A DNA stretch of 64,000 nucleotides from Lachnospiraceae bacterium (GTDB lineage: Bacteria; Bacillota; Clostridia; Lachnospirales; Lachnospiraceae), in NCBI GenBank assembly GCA_017465845.1, contig JAFTVH010000139.1:9114-73113 (forward strand), in the 5' to 3' direction. Position numbers and translations under genes: made by a program. Below the pieces are notes generated by a model. The model was not told the DNA's origin, ran no database searches, and saw nothing but the letters and a program-made list of their open reading frames with translations. This document shows, piece after piece, positions 9,372 to 18,254 of this stretch (position 1 is its first letter; every line of letters begins with the position of its first letter).

Positions 9372-9401
9372 AAGATTTTGTAACAGTTCAGACAAGATTT
9401 T
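9372..9401. repeat. Collapsed MITE footprint (one terminal IR between 8-bp direct repeats)
   Basis: AAGATTTT-GTAACAGTTCAGAC-AAGATTTT. The 14-mer is identical to the left TIR of the element at 40609. Confidence 0.7.
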
Positions 9402-9430
9402 GTTAATTTTTATAAAAAACCAAAAAACTC

Positions 9431-9459
9431 TTGACAGGTGAACAATTTTATAGTAAGAT
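9431..9459 (+). promoter_or_regulatory. Sigma-A promoter of the tRNA-Gly pair
   Basis: TTGACA, 17 bp, TAAGAT. Confidence 0.8.
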
Positions 9460-9487
9460 AACATCTGTTGTTGAAAGTTATTCTTAT

Positions 9488-9558
9488 GCGGGTGTAGTTC
9501 AATGGTAGAACACCAGCCTTCCAAGCTGGATACGTGGGTTCGATTCCCATCACCCGCT
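9488..9558 (+). tRNA. tRNA-Gly (TCC)
   Basis: Cloverleaf GCGGGTG...CACCCGC-T; anticodon arm CCAGC-CTTCCAA-GCTGG; T-loop TTCGATT; CCA not encoded. Confidence 0.97.
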
Positions 9559-9688
9559 TGCGAGTGATTTCACTGAGTTTCCGGTGATTGTGCTTGCAGG
9601 AGAGTGTGTTTACAGGTTAATAAGTAAATGTACTTGAAAATATAAAATTTCATACCTTCTTTCTACAGGTGAAAGCCTGTTTTAATAT

Positions 9689-9760
<72 letters not shown>

Positions 9761-9785
9761 TTTTTATTTTATGATTAGCACCAAA

Positions 9786-9825
9786 AGAATCCCCCATTTC
9801 CCTTTTGAGAGAAATGGGGGATTCT
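9786..9825. terminator. Bidirectional terminator
   Basis: AGAATCCCCCATTTC / GAAATGGGGGATTCT, a perfect 15-bp stem between convergent units. Confidence 0.85.
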
Positions 9826-9838
9826 ATATTATTCGATT

Positions 9839-10933
9839 TTATGCAAATACAGGTACTTTCTGTATGCCTGCCTTAGGATAGATTTTCTTAGCTCCTACGT
9901 TGCCTACTGCATAGTCTGCAACTGCTGAACGTACCGCATGTAAATTACCGTCTGTACTAAACTGGCTGGCTACGCATCCGGGACCAATCAGGATACCCTT
10001 TCCATCTACTTGATCAAGCGCTTCAAAAACATGCAGCTTTACTTCCGGAATACTGCCGTCTACTAACAGGCTTTCCCGAACCTTCTTACCGTTCTGGAAA
10101 TAAGGAATTTCCCTGATACCGGCTAAAAATGCCTTATTTGTACGAGTTCTTGCTTCTTGTAAACTCGGCTCGCCCCATCTGTCATGCCAGCTTAAGCATT
10201 GTACAGGATATTTTTCAATCAGGTCAAACATAGCGTTATTTCCATGGATATGAGCTACATTGAACCAAGTAACGTCCTTGTAGGCATTGATTACCTGCAG
10301 ATCATAAGGTACACCAAATTCTTTATATTCTTCTTCTGTCATAAAGTTGGTAGTAGCGCACTGGGTGGCAAAGAAAAATCCGCTGACGCCTGCTTCAATA
10401 TTAGCTTTGATGAAATTTATAGTGGTATCGGTGATGACTTGCAGTGCCTGTTTAAAGAGCACCGGATTCTCCTTCATATCCGTAAGGATTCTGTCTCCTG
10501 CCAATTTTCTTGCATTGGTCAGAGGACTGAAAACTGTCTGGATATAAGGAAATTCTCCCTTAGTCAACTTGTTTACATATTGCACCATCTGTACCTGCTT
10601 GCCATAGGTGCCGTAATAGGCAGGAAGGACTTCCAGTCTTCCCCAGTCACTGATGTCATGGATACCGCCATCTTCTACAATGGGAGGCTGCTCAACCTGA
10701 TTAAATATCTTGATCTTAGCGCCGTAATCCTGTACTCCATAAAGTCCAAATGGCATCAGCTTGATAAAATCATAATCAAACTTTTTCGTATATTCTACCT
10801 GGCGTTCAGCCAAGGATCTCGGATCCTGATCCTCTACAGAAAAGTGCTGCCAGACATCAACAGGCACTCTGTCTACCTCCTGTGAGTATAATGCTGCTTT
10901 TATTCTCTCTACTCTGGTCATCTGATTTCCCAT
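9839..10933 (-). CDS. URO-D / cobalamin-independent methyltransferase superfamily protein (not canonical HemE)
   Basis: [32 protein letters not shown] and IGPGC motifs; lacks the HemE RQAGRY motif. Confidence 0.85.
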   Translation of the reverse strand: MGNQMTRVERIKAALYSQEVDRVPVDVWQHFSVEDQDPRSLAERQVEYTKKFDYDFIKLMPFGLYGVQDYGAKIKIFNQVEQPPIVEDGGIHDISDWGRLEVLPAYYGTYGKQVQMVQYVNKLTKGEFPYIQTVFSPLTNARKLAGDRILTDMKENPVLFKQALQVITDTTINFIKANIEAGVSGFFFATQCATTNFMTEEEYKEFGVPYDLQVINAYKDVTWFNVAHIHGNNAMFDLIEKYPVQCLSWHDRWGEPSLQEARTRTNKAFLAGIREIPYFQNGKKVRESLLVDGSIPEVKLHVFEALDQVDGKGILIGPGCVASQFSTDGNLHAVRSAVADYAVGNVGAKKIYPKAGIQKVPVFA

Positions 10934-10976
10934 GTTGTTATCTCCTATTTCTGCCCTTACTGATCATATTAAAATG

Positions 10977-11729
10977 TTAAATACTATAATCCTCGTAACC
11001 AACCACACGTCTCAAAAACTGCTTCGTTCTCTCTTCCTTGGGGTGGCTGAAAATTTCTTTGGGAGTCCCTTCTTCAACTACAATGCCGCCTTCCATGAAA
11101 ACTACGTGATTGGCAACATTCTGAGCAAACCCCATCTCGTGAGTAACGACTACCATGGTAGTACCCTCTTTAGCAAGTTCTTTCATTACCTGTAGTACTT
11201 CTCCAATTAACTCCGGGTCTAATGCGGATGTAGGTTCGTCAAATAAGATGACATCGGGGTTGGCTGCAATTGCTCTTGCAATCCCTACACGCTGTTGCTG
11301 TCCGCCGGATAACTGGGAAGGATAATAGTCATATCTGTCTGAAAGCCCTACCTTATCCAGGGCTCTTTTGCCGATTTCAATTGCTTCCTTTTTTGGTATC
11401 TTTCTTGCTATGATTAAACCTTCCGTAACATTTTCCAAAGCGGTCTTGTTATTAAAAAGATTATAATTTTGGAAAACAAACCCGGTTTTCTTCCTGATAA
11501 GGGAAATGGTCTTTTTGGTGGCATGAGCCAGATCTGCCTGTATATCATCAAAAATGATTTCACCCTTATCTGCTTTTTCCAGAAAATTAATGCTTCTAAG
11601 AAATGTTGTTTTACCGGAACCGCTGGGACCTAAAATAGCTACAACATCCCCTTTTTCTACTTTTAAAGAAACTCCCTTAAGTACCTGATTATCCCCAAAT
11701 GCTTTATGTACATTTTTAATTTCTAACAT
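10977..11729 (-). CDS. Amino acid ABC transporter ATP-binding protein (TcyC/YxeO-like)
   Basis: [17 protein letters not shown] and [12 protein letters not shown]. Confidence 0.96.
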   Translation of the reverse strand: MLEIKNVHKAFGDNQVLKGVSLKVEKGDVVAILGPSGSGKTTFLRSINFLEKADKGEIIFDDIQADLAHATKKTISLIRKKTGFVFQNYNLFNNKTALENVTEGLIIARKIPKKEAIEIGKRALDKVGLSDRYDYYPSQLSGGQQQRVGIARAIAANPDVILFDEPTSALDPELIGEVLQVMKELAKEGTTMVVVTHEMGFAQNVANHVVFMEGGIVVEEGTPKEIFSHPKEERTKQFLRRVVGYEDYSI

Positions 11730-11756
11730 TTTTCATACCTGCCTTTTCCATGTATC

Positions 11757-12416
11757 TTAAGATACAGCGATTCCTTTCTTGCGATAAAGTATGGCTTCGC
11801 AATAGGTGAATAGTCTTGTAAGTCCTACACAAAGCACCCAATATACAACTGCCGCTGCCAGATAAGCTTCTACATATCCAAAGTTCAAAGCCGAGCACAG
11901 CTTTGCTTGTGACATAATGTCCACAACACCTATCATAAAGGCAACTGATATACCCTTGATATTTCCCAAATAAACGGTTAAGGAGATAGGTAACAGCACT
12001 GTAAGCGCCTGTGGAAAAATAATTCTGCGAAAGGTTTGAAAGCTGCTCAGTCCCGAACAATATGCTGCTTCGTACTGTCCCTTTGGTACAGATTGAATTG
12101 CTGTCCTGATATTTTCTGCCTGCCCGGGTGCGGAATACAAAACGTATGTTACGATCAGCACTACAGATACCGGTGCATTTTTCGGAAAAAGGTAATACAG
12201 AACGAATAAGTGGACAATCAAAGGAATTCCTCTCACATACCAGATATAAAATCGGCTCAGCATATTAAACACTTTGTTATGACTCATCTTAGCTGCTGCG
12301 ATAACCAGCCCTGCCAGAAAACTTCCTGACATTACCAGAAGTGCCAATCCCATTGTTCTTGGTACTACAGTGATAATACTTAATAAATCTTCCACAAAAA
12401 TTTTCATAAGTTCCAC
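11757..12416 (-). CDS. Amino acid ABC transporter permease
   Basis: RGIPLIVHL and EAA loop (KGQYEAAYCSG). Confidence 0.93.
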   Translation of the reverse strand: MELMKIFVEDLLSIITVVPRTMGLALLVMSGSFLAGLVIAAAKMSHNKVFNMLSRFYIWYVRGIPLIVHLFVLYYLFPKNAPVSVVLIVTYVLYSAPGQAENIRTAIQSVPKGQYEAAYCSGLSSFQTFRRIIFPQALTVLLPISLTVYLGNIKGISVAFMIGVVDIMSQAKLCSALNFGYVEAYLAAAVVYWVLCVGLTRLFTYCEAILYRKKGIAVS

Positions 12417-12431
12417 CCGCCTTGCTAGATA

Positions 12432-13121
12432 TTACTGATGCTTTTTTACTTTCTGGCATTTTATCTCTAAGAAATGATTTCCCCAGTTCCCGACTGTGGT
12501 AATGACCAGATAAATCAAACCGGCAGCAATGTATATTTCCACCTTGTTGATACCCAAACCATTTGTGATTATATTTTTGGCTGACCCCATGATATCTGTG
12601 AGTCCGATTACAAACAGGATAGAAGTATCTTTAATCAGTTCAATGAAAGCATTTCCCATGGCAGGCAATGCAATTGGTATTACCTGGGGTAGTATAATAC
12701 GATATTCTTTTTGGAAACCGCTTAATCCTGCACACAGGGCAGCTTCATGTTGTCCTTTATCTATGGACAGATAGGCCGGTCTTAAAATCTCGGACAAATT
12801 AGCTGCATAAGATAAGCTTAAAGCGGCTATGGAATATAAATCTTTGCCGGAAGCATCCAGAATAATACCGAAAGGCTTTAATACCAACGGAAGTCCATAA
12901 TAAACCAGAAGAATATGTATCAGTCCCGGTGTACTTCTGAAAAAGGAAAGGTATAATTCTACCAGTGCACTGGCGATTTTTACTTTCTTTATCTTGATCA
13001 TGGAGAGAAGGATAGCCAGCGCCGTGGAAATCAGGATAGATACAAATGCAATTGTTATTGTATAGGGAACTCTTGTTGCAAGTCTCCCCAATGTCTTCCA
13101 TATAACTGTTATATCAAGCAT
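12432..13121 (-). CDS. Amino acid ABC transporter permease
   Basis: RSTPGLI, KGQHEAALCAG and LIKDTS. Confidence 0.93.
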   Translation of the reverse strand: MLDITVIWKTLGRLATRVPYTITIAFVSILISTALAILLSMIKIKKVKIASALVELYLSFFRSTPGLIHILLVYYGLPLVLKPFGIILDASGKDLYSIAALSLSYAANLSEILRPAYLSIDKGQHEAALCAGLSGFQKEYRIILPQVIPIALPAMGNAFIELIKDTSILFVIGLTDIMGSAKNIITNGLGINKVEIYIAAGLIYLVITTVGNWGNHFLEIKCQKVKKHQ

Positions 13122-13156
13122 CTCCTTCTTCTCCTTCCAAAGGTTATATCAAGCTG

Positions 13157-13978
13157 TTAGTCTTTATAATATACCAGCTTATCTTCACCATACCATTTAA
13201 TATTCAGCTCAGAGAGGGTACCGTTTTCTATCAGGGTAGCCAGTGCTTCGTCTACCTTCTGTGTTAAATCCTCCTGGCCTTTAGCAAGTGCGAAAAATGT
13301 ACCATTAACTTTAACAGGTTCCTCTACTGCCTTAACGGAAAGTCCCAATTGGCTGATAGTATCAAGTAAGCCAAGATTATCGGGAATTACCATTGCGTCA
13401 TAAGTGCCATCATCAACACCCTGCAGATATTCTGCTGTAGTAAATCCACCGTCTGACACATCAATTGTCAATTGTTTATCCGGGTGCTCCTCGTTATAGG
13501 AAACAAGCAGATTGTAAATACCGCCATTTGCGCTTACCGGTGTGATTTTCTTTCCTACCAGATCATCAAGTGTTTTAAGGTCTGTATCATCTTGTCGTAC
13601 AAACATCTTAATGGTGCTTACACCGCAGATTGTTTCCGGAAGAAGATATTTTTCTTTTCTTTCTGCTGTTTTGTACAGGCCGCCTCCTATCAAGGCATAT
13701 TTACCGGTTTCAAGACCGATCTGAGTGGCATCTCCGTCTACAATCTCAAGGTCAAACTCATATTCTGGAATCAGCTCATCGACAGCTTTCAGTACATCTA
13801 CCTCATATCCCACTACATTGCCGTCATCATCGATATAGCTTAATGGCTTAGAACCATTTTCCACGGCTACCAGAACTTTGGTGACTCCTCCGTCAGCTGA
13901 TGTCTGTGCCTTTCCGCAACCGGTAATACCTGCAGCTAAAATTGTGCCAAGTACTAATGCAAGAACTTTTTTCTTCAT
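13157..13978 (-). CDS. Amino acid ABC transporter substrate-binding lipoprotein (cystine/YxeM/TcyK-like)
   Basis: Lipobox ITGC; PLSYIDDDGNVVGYEVDVL and GTLSELNIKWYG. Confidence 0.92.
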   Translation of the reverse strand: MKKKVLALVLGTILAAGITGCGKAQTSADGGVTKVLVAVENGSKPLSYIDDDGNVVGYEVDVLKAVDELIPEYEFDLEIVDGDATQIGLETGKYALIGGGLYKTAERKEKYLLPETICGVSTIKMFVRQDDTDLKTLDDLVGKKITPVSANGGIYNLLVSYNEEHPDKQLTIDVSDGGFTTAEYLQGVDDGTYDAMVIPDNLGLLDTISQLGLSVKAVEEPVKVNGTFFALAKGQEDLTQKVDEALATLIENGTLSELNIKWYGEDKLVYYKD

Positions 13979-14003
13979 AATAAATTTCTCCTCTCAAATC
14001 ATA

Positions 14004-14029
14004 TAATTCCTAGATGTTTAGTATGATTA
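14004..14029 (-). promoter_or_regulatory. Candidate CymR/IscR (Rrf2-family) operator
   Basis: Imperfect palindrome TAATCATACTAAACATCTAGGAATTA just upstream of the SBP RBS; resembles Firmicute CymR boxes. Confidence 0.5.
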
Positions 14030-14089
14030 ACATGCAATTATGTTACTACGACTTTCCAAAAATGTCCAATATGAAAAGAAAATAGCTGG

Positions 14090-14108
14090 TTATAAGAAAA
14101 ACCTATAA
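14090..14108. promoter_or_regulatory. Candidate LysR-type binding site
   Basis: TTATA-N9-TATAA palindrome upstream of the ABC operon. Confidence 0.4.
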
Positions 14109-14121
14109 CTGAGCCTAAGCT

Positions 14122-14919
14122 TCAGTCATAGGTTTTTCGAAAACGTGTAGGTGTGACCCCGCAGTCTGCCTTGAAAGCAGCACTAAAATCACTTACACTC
14201 TGAAAAGAAAGCGCTTCTGCAATTTCTCCGACTTTTTTGGTTGTTGTCAAAAGCTGCACTTTGGCTTCCTGAATCTTCAGGGAACGGTAATATTCATGAG
14301 GAGATTTCCTGGTGTAGCTTCGGAAGAGATAATTAAAATGTGAGACGCTGTATCCCGTCTGTGCAGCAATCTCACGGATAGAGCAATTTCGATTCAGGTT
14401 GGCCTTCATGTAACAGATGGCCTGCATCAGAGATTTCCGGTGCAGGGAAGAAGCGGCAGCCGATTCTGTTTTGCTATCAGGCTCGGCGGCAAGAAGGAAA
14501 AGAAGATCCAACAATAACAGAGTAGCTCTCATCTCGGTTTCTGCTTCCTCTCGTCTGCTGCAGAGCTGTTGAAATTGTTCCCATTTTTGCTTGAATTCTT
14601 CGCTGGCAAGGCTGACATAGGGGATTCTGTTGATAGCCTGTGTCAATACTTCGCTCGGATCGGAGACAATTCCAAAATAGACAAATTGGCTTTCAACCTC
14701 TTCTTTTTCTGCAATCAGATGGCGGATATCGCCTACCCTGTTAAAGGTTACTGTATTTTCCGGAACAGGCAGCTTCTCACGGTTAACCACTGTATATCCC
14801 CAGGCAGAAGGGTGGTACTCCAGTTCGTATGTCAGTACAAGGCGGGGAGAAGTTTCTTTGGAAGGAAGCTTTGTTTTCCAGTTTCCATTTAAAAGAATAA
14901 TCACTTCGGGTAGCTTCAT
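14122..14919 (-). CDS. AraC-family transcriptional regulator
   Basis: C-terminal double HTH (IAAQTGYSVSHF; IAEALSFQSVSDFSAAFK); divergent from the GH16 gene. Confidence 0.9.
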   Translation of the reverse strand: MKLPEVIILLNGNWKTKLPSKETSPRLVLTYELEYHPSAWGYTVVNREKLPVPENTVTFNRVGDIRHLIAEKEEVESQFVYFGIVSDPSEVLTQAINRIPYVSLASEEFKQKWEQFQQLCSRREEAETEMRATLLLLDLLFLLAAEPDSKTESAAASSLHRKSLMQAICYMKANLNRNCSIREIAAQTGYSVSHFNYLFRSYTRKSPHEYYRSLKIQEAKVQLLTTTKKVGEIAEALSFQSVSDFSAAFKADCGVTPTRFRKTYD

Positions 14920-15057
14920 GGTATATGTCTCCTTGGTTTAAAATCGTTCTTTTGGACTAAAATTCCATAGAATAGCGGGTTTTTTCATAATTTTAACGGT
15001 ATTATAATGGGCATATAGTAAACAAGCATGAAATGCTCAAAGGAAAGGAGTTTTATT

Positions 15058-15957
15058 ATGCCCAATGTACCTACAGATTTAAAGCCTTGTGAAATGGTTC
15101 GTATAACACCTGTTGAGGGCCATGCCGAAAGTCTTGTGCCCGCAGACAAGCAGTGGAAGCTGGTCTGGAGCGATGAATTTGACGGAGATTCCCTGGATGA
15201 AACGAAATGGAATTACCGTCTGAATTTCTGGGGATACCGTTCTCCCACATGGACCACGGAAGGCGTTGTTGTCAGTGATGGCACCCTGAAAATCAACATG
15301 ATCCGCAAAGGAGATGATTTCTACTCTGCACATCTTCAGACCGGCGGTTTGACCTTTGATAATCCCAGAGATGAAACCTCTAAAGTGTTCTGGCCTTTCG
15401 GTAAAAAAGATCAGGCAAAGTTCATGCACCGTTACGGCTATTATGAGTGCCGCTGTAAACTGCCGAAGAATGATGGCTGGCATGCAGCATTTTGGCTTCA
15501 GGCACCCGGAATCGGTTCCCATCCGGACCCGGCAGTAGCAGGTGTAGAGTGCGACATCATGGAAAACTATCGTCAGCACAAGGATGGTTCTATCGTATGT
15601 GGCTGCGGATGGGGCGGCTACGGCAATGAAGGCAGATGGTTCGGTCATTTCCAGTTCCCTTTTGAAGAAACTGCTGATGGCTGGCATACCTATGGCGTAG
15701 ACTGGTCTCCGGAAGGATATATCTTCTACGCAGACGGACAGCTGGTAGGGAAGCAGATGGCACCCGAGTGTCCTGTTTCCAAGGTAGAGCAGTTTATTCT
15801 GGTGTCTACCGAATGCCACGGATATAACCGCATCTTCCGTTCCGTGGGAGAAGCCGGTGAAGCCGCTGTGAAGAGCCAGCCGGTGCCGGAACTTCTTCAG
15901 GCAGTGCTTCCTGACTGCTTCGAAGTAGATTATGTCCGCGTGTTTGATGCGGTATAA
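15058..15957 (+). CDS. GH16 glycoside hydrolase, no signal peptide
   Basis: LVWSDEFDG, YGYYECR, AFWL, catalytic ECDIMEN (ExDxxE), WHTYGVDW and FEVDYVRV; RBS AAGGAG. Confidence 0.92.
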   Translation: MPNVPTDLKPCEMVRITPVEGHAESLVPADKQWKLVWSDEFDGDSLDETKWNYRLNFWGYRSPTWTTEGVVVSDGTLKINMIRKGDDFYSAHLQTGGLTFDNPRDETSKVFWPFGKKDQAKFMHRYGYYECRCKLPKNDGWHAAFWLQAPGIGSHPDPAVAGVECDIMENYRQHKDGSIVCGCGWGGYGNEGRWFGHFQFPFEETADGWHTYGVDWSPEGYIFYADGQLVGKQMAPECPVSKVEQFILVSTECHGYNRIFRSVGEAGEAAVKSQPVPELLQAVLPDCFEVDYVRVFDAV

Positions 15958-15970
15958 ATTGTAACAAATC

Positions 15971-16013
15971 TCACTTGCAGATTCGCTGTCAGCGGTCTGC
16001 AAGTGATTTTTTT
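15971..16013. terminator. Intrinsic terminator between convergent GH16 and GH36
   Basis: TCACTTGCAGA...TCTGCAAGTGA followed by TTTTTTT. Confidence 0.8.
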
Positions 16014-16027
16014 GTCGTGAAAAGTTC

Positions 16028-18222
16028 TTATTGTTTTTTCAGATAATATATAAATGCGCTATACTGGGGCTGTGTACTGGGAAGAAGCAGGCCGATATTT
16101 GCAAGAGCCGCACCGCTGAGTACCTGTCCCGTCTGTTCCACTTCGTAGAATGCATCTTCTGAAAGCCCACGTAGATGGACATAGCTGTTCTTATCAAGAA
16201 TGGAGATGTCTTGCGTCACTACACAGACAAGACTCTCCGAACTGTCCGGAGACACAAACTGCCACGCTGTGAAAATGCTGTTATCGTAAGGGGAGGACAG
16301 GCGGTAATAGTCTCCGGTCCTGATCAGATCCTGATGTCTGCGGTAACACTCGGAATACAGGGCACATTCGTTTCGCTCTTCCCCGGTCATCTTGGCAGGA
16401 TCCAGCTCATAGCCGAAAGTTCCGTGCATTGCCGTGACAGCCCTTGTTTTCCAGGGGACTGTTCTGCCGGTCTTCTTGTTGGGACAGGCAGACACATGGG
16501 CACCTATGGCGCTGACCGGATAAGCGAATGAGGTCCCATAGTGAATGACCAGTCTGGAAGGTGCATCTGTATTGTCGCTGCACCAGATCTGAGGGAAATA
16601 AGTCAGCATTGCACCGTCAAAACGGCCGCCGCCACCACTGCAGCCTTCAAAAAGGATGTCCGGGTGCGTCTTCACAATACCGTCCAATATCCGATACAAT
16701 CCCAGAATGTATCTGTGATAAATCTCCCCCTGCTGATCTGCCGGGTAATACCTGCTGTAGACATCACAGACATAACGATTGTAATCCCACTTGACGTAAT
16801 CGATGCCGCCTTCATCCAGCACTGCATTCACGGCGCTGATAATATAATCACATACATCCGGTCGAGACAGATCCAGACACAGCTGGTGACGGCTTCGAGC
16901 CGGCGCCCTTCCCGGTACCTGCAGACACCAGTCAGGATGCGCGCGGTACAGATCAGAATCCTCGTTCACCATTTCCGGCTCGAACCAGAGACCGAACTGC
17001 ATACCGATATCGTGCAGCTTTTTAGAAAATGCCTGCAGACCACCGGGAAGTTTCTTCTCATTTACCACCCAGTCACCCAGTCCGGCTTTTTCATTATCCC
17101 TGGCGCCGAACCAGCCATCGTCCAACACAAACATGTCGGCGCCCAGCTCTTTGGAAAGGAGGGCCGTCTCTAACAGCTTTTCACTGTCAAAGGTAAAGTG
17201 GAAAGGCTCCCAGCTGTTGATGACAATAGAGCGTTTGCAATTCACAAAAGGACTGTCGCAGGCATTTTCCCGGAAAATGCGGTGATAGCTGTGACTGAGC
17301 CCGGATAAGCCGCTGTCAGAATACGCCATTACCACCTCCGGTGCTTCAAAGCACTCTCCCGGATGAATGGTAAAACGAAACTGCTTGGGGTGAATACCCA
17401 TTGCTACGCGGGTCTGGCTGTAACCATCCACTTCTGCCTGAAAGATAAAATTACCGCTGTACATCAGCGCGAATCCATAAGCGTTTCCATGATCCTCATC
17501 GGTATTTCTGTCGCATAAAATGGCGAAAGGATTGTGGAAATGACCGGATACGCCACGGAAAGAACCAAGCTCGTTGATACCGTGGGAAAGATGGCGTCTG
17601 TCGGTCTGCCTTTCGAAATAGTGATGTCCGAACAGTCCGATCAGATCATAATCACCTGTCATAAAGTCAATACTTGCAGACATCAGCCGCTCCAGTTGTA
17701 CCGTCTCTTCGGAATCATTGCAGAATACGGCGGCGCGAGTAATCACATCCTTCTCAAAATATACACCGTAAAGCAGCTTTACGGAAATATTGGTGATGGC
17801 ATCCTTTAACACGATCTCCAGTGTTTCTGCCGGTTCTTCCCCGGAAGCGTAAAGCGTCGGCAGGGTAGACAGGCGGTATTTTCTCTTGTAAATTTTGTGA
17901 GAGAAGTACTTCCTACAAATGCATAGCTGCCGTCGGCGTTGATCAGTTCTATGGAAGGAATACGGTAATCCCCCGCATCGTTGGAGGAGAATTCCTGGGG
18001 ATAAGCGCAGAGAGAATACACTCTGTCTGTACCGGCTTCAGCAGGATTGGACTCGTGGCTTCGTATTACGTTGGGAATGAGATACGAAACATCTTCATCA
18101 GCAATTCGCTTCCCGTAATATAAATGAAGCAGATGACCGTGCTCAGATACTTTCATCTGATAGGTGCTGTTTTTGGTATGAATGGTAAAAACATGATTGG
18201 TCGAATGGTATGTAATAGACAT
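16028..18222 (-). pseudogene. GH36 alpha-galactosidase, split by a 1-bp deletion at about 17910
   Basis: FVLDDGWFG, FGLWFEPEMV, YVKWDYNR, CSGGGGRFD and WCSDNTD. Adding one A (GGA AAG TAC) joins the two ORFs. Confidence 0.9.
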
Positions 18223-18254
18223 ATCTGTATCCTTTCTGATAAATAATTGTTTTA

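Noticed and set aside
9839-10933. hemE (heme biosynthesis)
   Set aside because: Lacks the RQAGRY motif and has no tetrapyrrole genes in context.
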